64,000 bases of DNA from Marsupella aquatica (taxonomy: Eukaryota > Plantae > Marchantiophyta): the NCBI GenBank assembly GCA_973895155.1, contig OZ316895.1, positions 22,022,558 to 22,086,557 of the forward strand. Direction: 5' to 3'. Under the pieces are notes generated by a model. It saw nothing but the letters and a program-made list of their open reading frames with translations, had not been told where the DNA came from and ran no database searches. The position numbers and the translations under genes are program-made. Within the stretch, counting starts at the first letter, position 1. Each line of letters begins with the position of its first letter. This document shows, piece after piece, positions 36,201 to 51,392 of this stretch.

Positions 36201-38711
36201 AACCAAAAAAAACTTATTATGGTAGCCTATCAATACTAAAAACTGAGTGTTGGTATCATTCCAGTGGGCACGTTAAATTTGTGAGGTTAGAGTAGATCAA
36301 TGCATGTATGTCTAAATGCTAAAAAAAAAGTTAGGCTTTCTAGAAAAATGCTATGCAATATTTGATAGTTCATACATCCCATATTTTGCAAGAGCAAATG
36401 GTATAAGGATATGGACCTCACACAATAAAGATATCCAATGTTAAAGGTTGCACAAGTGAGATAATCTCTTATTTCATTTGCTATTAAATCTTCTAGTAAA
36501 GAGGAATGATTGTATACTGACAATAGTTTTCACTAGCACTTGGGATGATTCTATCCCTAAACAAAGCCTAATGTATCTTGCAACCTGAATTGCCTCGTAG
36601 TATTTAATATATTGTTCAAAAACAATTCTAAGTTGTTTTCTACAAAATGTATAATTACTATCAAACTTAAATTCTTCTATGTCTTTCCTACTTTAATCTA
36701 TAAATTATTTATGTACCATACAAATACTCCACAACGAGGGCCCTGTTAATAGCCACTACTAAAGTTGCTATCATTATTTTAGTAGTGAAATCTTCTGTTA
36801 CCTTCTACCCTATGTAACTTTTTTGCAAAAATAAAATTACTTATTTTATATGAGGTTTCTCTTTATCTTTGTGACTTAAACTTCAAGCTCATGCCCATCT
36901 ATTGTGATTTCTCTTGAGAGCCTTAGTGCCTCTATACAAGTTTGAAAGTTATCATTTAGAGTAGATTTAATGAACAAATTATACAAAACTAGATTAATGT
37001 AGTACTAATATTTTAGTAGAATTCTCTAGGGAGGCTTTAGAATAGAGATTAGGAAGTGTGTAGCTTGGACTAGAAAGTAATTAGAGTTTGTCAAGGGTTC
37101 ATAAGGGGCTCAAGATATGAAGCTCAAGTTTAAAGATGAGTAGGCATGAATGCGCCATGTGCAGACAAAGAGCTACCATAAGGACAATAAATAAGAATAT
37201 CAAGAAGAAATTTAGAGAAAAAAAACAATGTGCAGTAAATAAGGTGAAAGGAATATTTCCAAACACTTGAAGAATTTTGACTCTGCATTCATTTGGGCCG
37301 AATGGACTAAAACATTTCACAGTTAATAAGCAAGGAGCAATGAACATGTGCGCAAAATTTCAGCCAAACTGGAGCTTAGATTTGAGAATCAAAAATCCAA
37401 AAGAAGAGTTGGATGTGTAGCAATGTCAAAGGACTTTGGCTACACAACAAGAGAGAATTGGAAATACTCAGGTTTGTTCGACCTTACGGCATGAGCATTA
37501 GATGGCAATAAGACCCAGCTGACTATGATTTGATTGAGATTCAAATCACATCAAAAAAATGGAAGGCAGACCAAGATCTAAGTTGAAGCGCCTCTGCACA
37601 TTTCAAATAGTGATGACACACAATAGAGAAGATTTGACTGCAAATATGGGCAAATCAAGGGAAATCACAACATGATCTCCACCTAGGAGTCAAGTAGGCG
37701 CTGAGGATTCAGTAGCAATCTCAGGAGCTTTTTTGGCAGCTGAGAAAGAGGCAAAAGTTGAGTAGAGAGATCTTGTTTCCAAATAGTAGTTGTTGCAAGA
37801 AGACAATGAAAATCCAAGACAAAATATATTTAAGGGGAGGTGGACACCAACGGAGGTAGTATGCAGAATATTGAATCAAAGCATGACTAATTTGATCTAC
37901 TGAGAAACAAGGTGCAATAATGTATGCCTCCATGCCAGTGAGTGACAAGTCAAACTTTTTGGAGGGGTTTAATTAAGTTGGCCGTCAATACTCTAGAGAC
38001 ATAGGAGTGCATCGATTACTAGTACACGCACTTCTGTCCTTAGTTGGTGTTGTTGTATCAAAGTTCCCTCAAAGTATTGTTGGTTTTTTTTAAGTTGCGT
38101 CAACGACCTAGAACATCAACTACATCAAGGTGACAACTGCATGGTATTCAATGTTTGAGATAATAAACTTTAAAATTGATGCATGAGTGAGTTGAAAGTG
38201 GCATTTAGGGTTAAAATCCATCAAACGGGGAAATTGGAAATAAAATAAACTTGTGAAACATGGTGCTGATCATGTTGTTCCATGGTGAGACAAAATAATT
38301 GGTGCAAAGCAATGAGGTGCTTCAATAATAGGCCAAATTAGATAGTGGTCAACCTGAAAGTGCAAACACATCTTGGTCTCCACTCAGGCAAAGTTTTGTC
38401 CATTTGAGGATACTACCCTTCATTGAGCATTTTCTGAAGTACCCCATAACATGATCTATTTTTCTCCTAAACTCATAGTCCTATTAAAAAATTTAGTATA
38501 TCCATGATATTGTACAAACCAACTGTTGGTTAGTGTGTCCTAGCTACATGTTCTTCATCTTAATGATACTCGTTGTATCCTTCAACACCGCCAATCATGT
38601 CAAATAAATTTTGACATGTGTTATGCCTTTCAACTAAATAATCAAATAGTGAGACGTGAGGACTGAGCATTCCTACTTTTACCATCAATAATACATGCAT
38701 CTTGTATTTTA

Positions 38712-41700
38712 CTAGCCAAGGAGGTTAGAAATGTAATGTGCTATACCCATCTCCTGGAGTGGAATGCCAAATTCTGCCAACTTCAACTCATATGCTTTCA
38801 CAAGGTCGTTGTGTGCCTGATGAAATAGTTTTGATGATGCATTAGGCCAATTAAAACCTATAATTATGGCATTAGTTTCTCAATCATCTAAATTGCAGTG
38901 CAGAAGTCAGAAAATAAAATGACATAATATCTTGCATGAATCAAAATTATCTGAGAAAATAATAATAATAATAATAAGTACCTTTGTCATCTTGCCAAGG
39001 TCATAACTTAATGATTTAATCAAATGATTCTTTTGGTCCAACACTTCTTCAACTCCTCGTTTGGCATCAGCAATGCTATCGGTATCTTGACTATACTCAA
39101 TCAAGAGATTGTTCATTTGTGTCTCCTGCAAGTTGACACCCAATTGTTCAAGACTCCTTGTCCCCTTGTTGAGAAATAACAACATTTTGTTGCAAATGGG
39201 TGATGACAAACCCGATGACAAATTTAGATGACAAATCTTGCATTACTCAAGAAAGTTAAAGACATCAGTGGCAGAAGGTCTCAAACTTACCTTCTTCTCC
39301 AAGCTTTCTGACAAAACATGAACCTTCTTTTCTAGAAGCATGCTCTTCAACCCGCACTTTTGTTGTATCTCGTATACACTACTCTCAAACTTCTTGATAA
39401 CTGCGTCTCTCTCTTCTTGTGCCTAGAGCAGTGTGTAGACAATTAAATAGGGAAATATTGTCATGAGCCAAGTCAAAATAAGTCGCATGAATTGCCACCC
39501 AAATCTGTTCAATTAATCATGAGCCTTTGGGTCCCTAATTTCTCCAAAATAAGAATATTTCAAAAGTTTGAAGTTTCATACAGGACATTGTTAATAAAAG
39601 TTGCCCTTTCTGAAGATGTATGACGATCTTATGTCCGTTACTAAATAATATATACAGTATGCAGGAGTCTCCACTAATCAAAAGCTTAAGAGATCCTATT
39701 AATATGCTAGATTTCAGTCTAATGATAGAGGTCTTATATTGTATGCCTAAGTGTCTTACTTTGCCAACTTTTTCTTGAAGAACTTGGTACTCCCACTCAA
39801 GTGCCCTCCACTCTTCAGTCCTTTCGTTAAACTGGGTGGTCCTTTGAGCCAACAAGGCTTTGTCCTGGGAACATGAAAGAGCAAGAATCAAACTCACAAT
39901 CACTAGTTGATTTCCCACACTGCTAAGTTTTTTAGTTTACTTTAGGAGAGGCCTTTCTTGGTCTTTTCTTAATTTTTGGATATTGACAGAATCCCTTGAA
40001 CTTATTTTAGATGAAACCATTTTTTGAGTGTCCTCCAGGTTGCAAGAGTACCCTCACCTTAAAGCTCTTTGTAAAAGACTAGTATCCACGGCAAGTTTCA
40101 AACCACTACAATCCACCCCCATTAAATCCTTAAAACACTCTGCTAGGCATTAAATATGGTAATGACTCACTGAGAGCATTTAACTTAATTCTGATTTTAG
40201 TCGCCCCAGCCTCATCTCCTCTGGTCAAAAGGGACAACTAGGGTGGTTGTTGTAGTATGTACCACCTTACCAGTGTATTAGCATAATGAGGTACTATTTT
40301 GACTAGGCTTCAATCATAATGATCCTTTAGCTACTTGATAATACCATTCCTCCCTGTCAGTGCCTTCCACCCAAGTTGCTTATTTTCATCACTATTCATA
40401 CAAAAAAGTAAACTAGTCTAACTGTATCACGAAGCATACTTTTAGACAAAAGTGAGAATTTGGGTTCATTGGAGAAAAAAAGTATTCATTTCTCACTTTA
40501 TCATAGTTTGCCAATTGCTTCTTCAATGCCTCGACCTCGAGTAAAGCCTTCTGTAATGGTTCAATTAGTTTTTTGTTCTCTTGAGCAATTTCAAACATTA
40601 GTTTTTCGGTCAAGGTCTCTCTCTTCTTCATGTCTGTCACATCCTCCTGGAACATGTAAGAGACTATGTCATGTTATGGGCATGGACTGAAGCTTGTTTC
40701 ATAAAAAAAACTAGAATATATGAATTTTAAACTAATCCACCACTCTTTTCAGATAAACTTCATAGATAAATTATTCAGACAGAATTGAAAAGCAAATTTG
40801 AAGCTGAAGATGACCCTCCCTTTTATTTACCGGGTCCCATTGGCCCCTTTTCCCCAAACTAGAGATATATATATGATATTACAAATTGAACCTTATTATA
40901 AGTTTATATTTCCAGATGTCTAGAAGACTAAATGAACTAACATGGATCCTCTACTAGCAAGAACACCTTGAGAGTCTTTATCAGATCTAGATTGTTCTTG
41001 GTGATGTCATTGTAATAACACTTGATTTCAGTAAATGCTTTCTCATGCTTTTTCATAAGATCATTTATGTGTTTGTTCTTCCGCTCCTCAATTTCATGGA
41101 CTTCCTGCTTTCGACGAAGCTCCAACTCCTCTCGAAGGATTTTTATCTATGTATCAATTACACCCAAGCTTTAGCCAATGTGGCTCATAATTATTAGCTT
41201 GTGAAACTGTAGTCTCCACGAGTACAAACCTAGTGGTAAGTTAAGTCAATGTCCTGTTGTTGTCAAGGAGCCTTAATCTGTTGATGAACTTATGATATAT
41301 CATAGTTCACTTGGTAAAGTTCATATTTCACTTGAGCTTAGAGAACTGAATATTGTGAACAACTTTGGAGATTCAACATCCAGAGAGGAATACAAATTAC
41401 GGGAGGTTCCTCTTTGGTCATAAAAACTGTGAAGTAACCCAAAACACTTAGGCTGCCCTTTATTACCTTCTTTTCACACTTGTCCTCAACCACCTTAGCT
41501 TGTGTATCAAAATCTTGTCTCATTTTGGTAATCTCTTTGGCATGCTCCTACATAGAAAAACAGGGACCAGCTTATTCCTTTTGGGAAAGCCAAAGTAAAA
41601 TTCACAATGAATTCTAGTTACTTGGAGTGGTCAATTGGATAAACCTTTAATCAAGATGAATTTATTCTCCTTTGGTTTCTAAAGGATATATTTGGCTTTA

Positions 41701-43098
41701 AGAGGTTTCAGTGCATTGGCATAATATTTACTTGTTCTTGTCATCCTGGGAAAAACAAGAACTTGTTCTTGAATCTTGAGCTTATAGAAACCAAAAGTTT
41801 CACAAAACGGAATTGGGTGCTGGAGGGGTATTATTGTTCTGATTGCACTGATAGCTTTCAAAGTACATGGTACAAATACTGAGCTACATATTAAGTATGC
41901 CAAATCTCTGAAGGCTTGTGGGCATGAGTCACCAGCTTAAATTGCCTGATGGTTTCTTGGTAAGCCAACTCCATTTCCTTGAAATTTTCTTTCAGGTCAC
42001 GCTTGTCATTTCTGCATGAGATCAATATGCTGTCAATCTGTATACCATGGACTAAGGGATTAATGCTTGCACTTCCCCAAAAACATAGTTTATAAGACAC
42101 AGGGTAATCATGTTTCGGCTCCAACATCAAAACATGGACAGTCTAATATTTTCATCGGAACCATTTAGTTTGAGATTTATGGGTACATCCAAATACTACC
42201 ATTGAATATTTGGCAGAATAATTTCATCTGGACTTCATGTCAAGTCCTAAGCTCAACTAAAGTGTGAATTTTAGGATTAGATACACTTACACTAGGTCAG
42301 CTTCACGTATCATTGCCTGCTCATTTTGTAACTTGAGAGCTTGTTCAGTGTCAATCTTGATGGAGGTAACCAAGTGCTGTTGTTCATAAAGTAGATGCTT
42401 CATCTTTTGATTGTACACCTGTAGTGGCATGCAACAACATATACAGGTATCACTTGTTGTCCTGGATAGATAATGGTTGGGGGAGCCAAGATAAGAATGA
42501 CCAACAAGGCTTTATATATTGTCAGTAGTGAAAAGGCTGTCCAGATTTAGTTAGCTACTATCATCTCCAAGTTTGCAACTTACAGTCTATAACAATATTA
42601 CCTTGATCTCATCCTGGTGCTTTTCTTCAAGTTCCTCTGCATAGCGATCCTTTATCTTGAGTTCAGCCTTGAGATTCTCATAGTCTTGTTTTTTTATGTC
42701 CCAAAACGCATGGATTTTATCCTGAATCAGGTTCCAAACAGAATTTAGGCAAACACAGACAAGTTGCAAAATATAAGGTTTCTGGAGAAAAGTTATGTCC
42801 CACACCAGTATATGGATATATAGTAGAAGGCATCACTGCAAAATCCACCACTTTCACTTGCACAAATATGACAGTCACAAAAATCATTGAAAACTTTTCT
42901 TATCTAATATTAAGAAAGAAAGTTTGAACACAATACTCGTTCTATTTGCATCGCATTGCGATCTGAGGCCTCCTTGACTTTTTGAGCTTCAAGGACAACA
43001 ATCTGTGCTTGCAAATCCTTGACAGTTGGCCCAGTTGGTTTGGGCTTTTTGTCATTTTTCCCCTTCTTCCCCCCCTTGGCATCCTTTTTTGGCGGCAT
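38712..43098 (-). CDS. GAS8: Growth arrest-specific 8 / dynein regulatory complex subunit 4 (flagellar N-DRC), ~11 exons
   Basis: Exon peptides MPPKK...[15 protein letters not shown]...[107 protein letters not shown] and [19 protein letters not shown]; stop at 38712. Confidence 0.93.
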
Positions 43099-45269
43099 TG
43101 TGACAATTTATCTCACTGTGCAAAAAGAAATCTGCTTGTTTCCTCAAAACTTAAGAGAGATGTAAACCAAGTCGGAACTTCAACTTTATCCTTGGTTATG
43201 ATTGGGTCACGGTGACCATGGTGGCCTGAGCAAAAATCTATCTTGGCAATGGCAGCTGTTGATCAACCGCGTTACATAACCTGAGAAAATAGTCAAAAAT
43301 TATAAATAACTTTTTATGCGCACATCACCATCAGGGACAGCAATGAGGATCAAATTGATACAGTCAATCTCTGTACCCACAAATTATTATACCACAAGGA
43401 ATTATTCAACAGAGCAAATTCATTACAAACAGAAAAGAGAGCATATTGCTAAACAGTTGAGTCTCATGTCTATCTTTAAAGTTGACTGCAAAACAGTTGG
43501 GCATGAAGCAATTCTGTTCTTGTGAATTGCTCCAGCAAAACAGGTTGCAATCAGAAATTCAAATTAATTCAAGTCAAGATTGAATTTTAGTTGTCCCAGA
43601 ATTGATCAAACTAAATATAGTACTTGAAACTCTGTAAGAAAAACTCTTAGTGAAGAAGAGTGGAATCATCAAGTTTCAAATTGCCTCTGGCTTGTTAGAG
43701 AAGTCAGCAACTCTTCAAACCACCTTTATGAGCAACAAACACATTCATATAAATATTGCAATTTTCTTGAAAGCACATTGAACATTTAGACAACAAGAAT
43801 GGCAGAAAGGACAGGAGAAGGAGCACCATGGCCCAGCCCACCACGAAGAAGCAAGCAAATGAGCACACCATGGCCCAGCTCCACCAACACTCCCCTTGGG
43901 AAAAAGTCACAGAATGAGGCAATAGCAGCGCCGCCTCTAATCTACAAAACAAGCCCTAAAACACCATTAGAACTCCCCCTATCCCCAATGTCCATTTAGC
44001 TCTTACGTAATTCCTCCAGTAGCCAGTTTTCTACTGCATTCCTTTCACCCAAGAGTTGTCACTTAAGGGTTTTCCGTACTCTAGGTAATAATACTAGGTT
44101 GCCCCTTCCTCTGATTGCCCTCTCAATACCCAGAAACCCACAATCTAGAATTAAAAGCTTTTTTCCCTCCACCTTTGATTTTCATTCCAACTTATTGTAT
44201 TAACACCTCTGTGAACTAAATTTCAAGCATGAATCTCCTTGCACAAAATCTCAAGAACTCTTTTGGACTTTGAAATCTGAATATTTTGCTCTTGATGTTA
44301 CGGAGAGCCATACAAAGAGTAATGATCATGCTTAGTGGTCATGCCGGGAAAATCTAGGGGAAAAGTATTAGATCATGATCATGTTGTTAGTACAAAAACC
44401 TTTCCTGTTTTCTTGTACAGACTATTGTTACATTTTGATTTATTCAAAATCAATGTTCTCTACATCTGATTGCACAACTTCGTTGCCTAGAGTAATGCGT
44501 CAAGAATTATCTGGACATTGCTATGCTCTGACTTAAGAGTTGCAGCAAATCTTCAGCTTGTATCTTGATTGCATGTTTTTCATATGTTTCCTTGACTCCA
44601 GAGAATGACTTTCTACTTGATGAGGCTGGAGTGATAAGATCATACCAAACCAATAGATTTCAGGTGCGTCTTCCATATTTGGTCAGTGCACTTGAGTAGA
44701 CCAATCAAATCAACCCAATCCAGCCTTGTCATTGGAACCATCTTTCTTGAGGGTGTTGATAATCAATCAATCCTGCCTATAACTCTTTTGTTGGAGGCAC
44801 TGAACGCAGGAAAGGCCCAAAAGTAAATCTTGCAATGCTCTCTATAGTGTAAGAGTAGGGATTTGAAATTCAAGGTTCAGAAATCCAAATCATTCCCAGA
44901 TTGTAGAGTTTAGAGCATGATTACTTTGGAATTGAAGAGACCTAGACAGGCTCTGCTTATGGGGTTCAATGGGTCTCTCCTTGAGAGAGAAATTGCCCTA
45001 AGCTTGCTCATCAAGTTGCTCTTTTCCCACCAAACTGACAAGGGAAATTTTATTGTGTGCCACGTTGGGCAGTGACAAAGCCACTAAACGCCTAAGGCAC
45101 TCGTGTTTGTGTTCCCATGCTGAATTAACTTTACAACTTTAATAGGCAAAGACTCCGCCTGTCCCGTAATAACTCATCTGTGATCAGATAATCCTTGAAC
45201 CTCAGTTTCACCAATTTTAGAGCACATGTAACTCAAGAATTTTGTTATCATGCACTTATTATGAATGTT

Positions 45270-45273
45270 ATTA

Positions 45274-45310
<37 letters not shown>
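45270..45310. repeat. (TTA)n microsatellite
   Basis: About 12 TTA units. Confidence 0.9.
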
Positions 45311-45312
<2 letters not shown>

Positions 45313-47541
45313 GCGGAGTACTCTGTTGTGTTTACATAATAGTCATTTTGATGGCAAAATCCTCAGCTTGGAATTTTGAATGTAAATGATGTGAAGTATG
45401 ACGTGTAGTGACTCCAGTTCTTTGCCCTATGAAACAAACTGTGCAAAATTTCTTTAAAAATCATTCTCTACAGGGACAAGTGTGGAACGTTCTAACTAGG
45501 GGGAAAACTAGATTGAAAAAAGCAATGAAAGAAATCCTAAGACGTGTTTATAATGTCCGAAGTGTGATTAACTAATGAAAAAAATGGATTAGCTTAAGTT
45601 TACCCGGTTCATAATTTCTTCTAAAATAATTGGGGAAGGGCAAAGTTCCAACGCCCATAAAAATTACTTGAATCAAGAGTTCTCCTGGACTTTAACTTTA
45701 ACTTAATAAATAGATTATTCATGCAGGCATCTGATTAACGTCCATACCTTGACATACACGTGTTCCAGGAGAGTACTGTTGCATTGGTTTTCAGAGTCTG
45801 TTGGGGGACTCCTTTTGGGTTAAAGTTACGCTTCTTGAATTCAGAAATTCCTGTCGAGGATGCATGAAGATGAGCTTTAGTACACAGGTAAGTGAGACCT
45901 ACAAGTTATGGCTTCGATCTCTCAACCATGGTATTGTAAAGACTGCTTTTGAAATCCACCTTTAGAGTTATGATGACTCTCATTTGATTTGTCATGATAA
46001 GAAGTGTGAGCAAGAGCACTGGTACTTATAGGCCAAACTGATGTAGCAGAATCGAATAGGGAACCAAATGTGATTGCTTGATATATACTCCCATCGAGGG
46101 GGACATTGGGTGTCATCTGGCTGATTGGGCTGTGGTGCTGTGAGCCTGCCCTGCTAGGTGATCAGGGTTGATAGTTAGATCCATGGGTAGATCAGTAGGT
46201 AGGCTTGCTTAGTGGCCCCTACTTTGGCCTATACACTGGGCTGGGCTGCTTGGCCCGGGCGCCTTGTTTTGCTGCTTTGTTGAGGTTGTGTCAATTTGTT
46301 GAAGGGCTTATTTTGACCTTCCTGGCTTCAAATCATTCAGGGGGTTTAGGTGGAATTATATGTAAATGTCAAAAATACCATGTTAGAGAACCATTTGGTG
46401 AGGTTAGGCTGGAGAAATAGCATGTAGGCAGCAACTAAACAACTGACTAGATAGCAAATGATTAATTATATTTAGTATGAGTAAAAAGCTCAATATAGAT
46501 ATGTAAGTCTTGGACATGCCAAGAGAACAGTACTATGAAATTTGTGATGTATGTCACTCTTGAAGTTCTAAGAAAGATAAACACCTCGGCAATTGAGTCA
46601 CTAACTACTGTAATACATATCAAGATTTTCCTTCCATCTGTTATATTTGCAAGAGAAATTCAATCATAGAAAAGTATCAGTTGTCTTACAACCTTGTTGT
46701 GCTAATCAGGATTTATCCAAGGTATCAATTTTTAAAACTTTTCCTCAAGCGACGTCATGCCCACACAAGGTTACATGTTCTAGTTTTATCGAACAGCCAT
46801 ATATTCAAGGAAGCCCACTTCATCACTGCAACTTTTGTAGTTGATATTGACAAATCCTTCTCAGAAGGTAATTTTTGCTCATCAAATTCTTCAAATTTCT
46901 TTATCTTTGACATATTTTGTTTCAAAAATTGAAGTGAATACGAGGAATGTGTTTTGACTAGATTGCATTGTTTGAAAAATAAGCTTAGTAAATTGTCATT
47001 GTATATTTCCTAATATTGCGGTCTACACTATCTGAACACCATTGAGCTTGGATATATGATAACAGTTCATGGTCAGCATCAGTGAGTAGAAGAAAGATTT
47101 AATAAATTCTTTTGCATTGAAAAATGTAGTATCCTGTCGGAAAATTCATTTATATTGGGTTAGGTTAAGAGTGGGCTTTAGGTTACAGAACCATAACTAT
47201 TTTGTGTGTGTAACACAGATGTTAGTATGTCGTATTTACGAGTATATCTATAGTTTTCAAAATTCTAACTGCAGTCAAAATTTCTAGTTATGGCTAGTTG
47301 TCAATCTGATGGAAATGACCTATCATATCATTTACTTGGAACATGGTTCTAGTGTACCTGGAACATTGAAAATGAAGACCATTCATTAGATATATTTTCC
47401 AAGAATTGTTGGTTCTGTCCCATAATCACAATATTACTCTTCAGTTTACCCTATAGCATGTTCATATACGGGGATCCAAAATGTACATGAGAGTTAAAGT
47501 GGTGGTTACTTCTTTTTAATCAGGTGTTTGAAGGTTGAGTC

Positions 47542-49837
47542 ATGCCTCAAGGTCCACCCGAACTACCAACTTATCCAAGTCTAGAGAAAATACCACGGAG
47601 CCCCCTGCGAGAGAGTGGGTGGTACACAGCAGCTGATGTGTCTTCACACTGTCTACGATCAGATTGTTGGGTCACTCTTTTGGGGATAGTGTATGACATT
47701 ACAGATCTCTTCCCCATTAATCCACCCTACTTGGCTGAGGTAAATCCAACTTCTCAGAAACTGGAAAAAATGTTAATGTTCTAAACATATTTTGCTATGT
47801 CCTTGGGCTGTCTACTTTCATTGTGTGTTATAAGAATTCAACTCAATACACTCTAGCATGTTTGATTTCCTCCAAAGTAATCATGTTTTAGATCTTCCAG
47901 TCTTGAGATGACCTTCTTGCCATTAATCCCCAAACACAAAAGGCCCATGTTGATGATGGTCTTGCTAGAGTTGTTGTCATCTTTCCTTCCTTTAATTGAT
48001 TTTGCCTTGTGGTCTTCTTTTAAAATAAAATAAAAATTGGCATTTGTTTGGTATTTGAAAATAGGTATTTATAGAGTTATCTCTCTTGTGAATTCTAGCC
48101 TTTAATTAGAAGAGCTGGAGGGGACATCAGCCATTGGTTTGACCCTCGATCAAAAGATGTGAATATGATAATAGACCCAGAAATGAACATGTTGAGGTAT
48201 TTCACACCTGAGGTTTGAACCCCTACCTTACAAGTTCAAAAAGTGTTATTGTAAGTTATATGTATTTGTTAAACTCTCATGGTGCAATTGTTTTTCTATT
48301 CAACCCCATGTTTGGGTTAACCTCTGGTCTAGGATTTCTCCTACTAACACAACAAAGAGGAAATGTTGAAGGTCTCAGCTGCCGTCTAGAGTCTCAAATG
48401 AGGTCCAACAAAGTAATTTTCAAGTTTATTTTTCTTGTGAAATGCCTTAAGTTCACATAGTTAAAAATCCAGAAAATAATAAGTAAACTTTCAAAAAGAT
48501 CGTTGAACATGACCTTAAAGAGAACTTGACCAATTGAGGCATGCTAGGCATCGTATCAAAAATCAGATCATGGAGGGGTATCTGTGTCAGGGAATATGGA
48601 TCAGTATCTGTCTACTTTAATTGGCTTGTTTTGTCTAACATGGTGTAAAATTTCTCAAATCCTCGAGTTTATGGTACAACGTCACTATATTGCAGGGGAG
48701 ATTCATTCATGTACCTCCCAAAGACCCCCGCATTGACTGGGATAACAGCTTTGAGATTCCATGGTGGTTTGACACCAAGTATATGATTGGTAGATTGAGT
48801 CAAAGGACGAGGATCATTTGCATAAGAAATGTGCTGATTTCCCATGGGATACTTTTGGAGGTAAGACAAAATCTGACCTGACCATTTCATTTGTGGATTA
48901 CAATATCCTTCCAACTACGTGTCATTTTGGAATAAGCCTGAGAGACTGGTACAAATAAACAAGTGCAGAGCACAAAGGCTGTTTTTATGACTTTCCCAAT
49001 AACTGCAAGGAAATCACCCTTTTTACAGGGCAAAGCATCCAAGTTTAACTTTTGACCTTAGTGTATTGATTTAAAAATGATGTTGTAATTGGTTATTGCC
49101 ATCTACCTCTTTGTTTCCTCTTTGCTAAACCACCCATTTGTCACTATGGCGAGATGTTATATAGTAAGGTAAGTAGTAAGCACACAAAATGGATGGTATG
49201 GGTAGACACGTACTGGGCACATCATGAAATTATTACATCTATGGCATGAAGATATGTGTAGACACATCCACTGAAGCAAAAGCAGGGGGGAAATAGATTT
49301 GAAAGTATGAGATAGTAAGGGTTAAAATGGGTCTAAGCCAGAATATGGTAAGTTTGGTTATAAATGTGATACAAAATGCTACTTGAGCTTTATAAACTAT
49401 TTGGAGTACAATAACAAATGTAAATATATTCACATCAGTACAGACTAATTTGAGAAATCCATACTGTAAGAAAAATCATGTCAATCTTTTAATTTTTTAA
49501 AACCTCAAATGGTTCCTACTTTGACCTCCTAAAAGAACCTACCTGCCAACATCAATAATTGGCCTAACATCATTGTCTAAATCAGGTGCCATCGGAGGAG
49601 ACACTACACCAAATATTAGAACGTTACCTTGTCATGAATAAACATGCGAAAAGTTACACTTGGAAAGCCATTGTTACCGATCATAAAGGTGAATTTGTAA
49701 ACGTGAACATGGATTTAAATCTTGATGAAAATGGCATCAAGGATGAATCTGATGAGTTTTCATCCCTGGGGATGCGTGTTGATCACCTTGTACCTTGTAT
49801 TCATGTGTACTATGATGATGACCTCACCATTGGATGA
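47542..49837 (+). CDS. CYB5D1: Cytochrome b5 domain-containing protein 1 (axonemal radial-spoke-associated), 4 exons, 242 aa
   Basis: Exons 47542-47739, 48099-48212, 48696-48860 and 49586-49837 (729 nt). Motifs HCLRSDCWV..LG.VYDIT, AGGDISHWFD, GRFIHVPP..P..DW...PWW, LEVPSEETL..ILERYL..N.HA.SYTWK, YYDDDLT. Confidence 0.92.
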
Positions 49838-51392
49838 AGGAAGCACATTAAGACCACTCAATTGATATTTCTCATGGTCAATTGATACTATCCAAACAAA
49901 GATTTGATAGGGTGCCTTCACAAGACCTCAGAGGTACTTGTGATTTTTTTCACAGAGCAAATGGAGGGCCTCTTATTGTTCTACAAATAGACTCCAGACC
50001 AGATTTCGTTGAAATGAAGTTCATAAATGCAATCCCATGAACCTGCCCATGAATGAAAGGGCCAGAGTTTGGAAAATGTTTGGACCACCCAAGGACATGA
50101 TCTAAAATTCTAGGCAAACAAACACTCAAATACTCCACGTCAGCATATACTTACTTGAGCCCAGGTCTGTGTATTACTTGCTCAGTGAATACAGTGGAAA
50201 TGGTCATAAATCTCCCAAGACTAGAAGAGAAGCTCAAGACTAGAAGAGACGCTCAAGACTATCTTTGGAGCTATGGTGTACTAAGCATAAATCTTTCAAG
50301 ACTCGAAGAGAAGCTCAAGACTATCTCCGGAGCTATGGTGTACGGATGATTCCACATAGTGATGACCTCTAGAAGTAGCGTTGAATAGTGTCTTAGCGTT
50401 TGTGACAATTTTGTAAAGTCATCCTCGCTACTCGTTAGCAGCCTAATTGACATGATAATCTCACCAGTAGAGAGCATGTGTTGACTTCAGGCCCTGTTAT
50501 CAGATTCTTCGTAATTCTTGCACAACCTTCTCCACTATATTACATGGGTAAGATCTTTCATTACATCAACTCATTATACATGGCTCCACGTTCGGATAAC
50601 AATTGTATTTGTAGCCAGCGGTAGCCTCTAGCGTGATCAGCAAAGACTTGATGAAAGACTGAAGTGATATCTTCAATTGGAATATAAATTGATAGAACTA
50701 ATGTGAACGGTATGTGTACAACAGAGCTTAGCCTCTAACACTGGCTCAGCACATACACGTCAGAGAGTTTCAGTAAGCGAATTGCCCTGGAATTCCCTGG
50801 AACCCAGTTGGGTGAAACCATCGTCTTCTACAACTCCTCTGGCTACCTTCCGAGAACTCTCTCGTACCTCGAGCCACAGAGCGAAGGTAGACTCTGAATG
50901 TCCATTTCAAGTTTTGTCTCAAGGTCTTGACATAGCGGGAAAGCGCACTCCGTCCATGGGCCGAGTGGATTGAACTGATGGAGACTCTTCATTCCAGAAG
51001 AGACTTTCAATTCTCACATATCAGCTCAGCATATTCAGGCAGCCTTCATTAATTTCACCTGGAAGACATTGTGGGGGTTCACAAGTGGCTTGAGTCTAAT
51101 TTGATGCATACGTCTCCAACCTTGCAAACCCAGGGCATCCAAGAAGCCCCCACCCCCAAACTCCTGGAGGAACGGTTGCAAACCCATTGACCAGGTCTTA
51201 TATCCCAACCCAACTAAGAAGCTTTGGCATTGTCACAGAATACCCAGGACGCCAGTCCAGAGGGCCTTGCACGAGGCGCGTGGTAGACCAAGACCGTATA
51301 TTTTTGCAATATTGCCCGACTTTGGAAAACGACGGTGCCTTGCCCTTGAGTAAATCAACCAACCAATGTGAGATTAGACAATCGTCTCTCTC

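Noticed and set aside
44482-44496. X-box-like motif between the two flagellar genes
   Set aside because: Imperfect match, and land plants are not known to have RFX factors.
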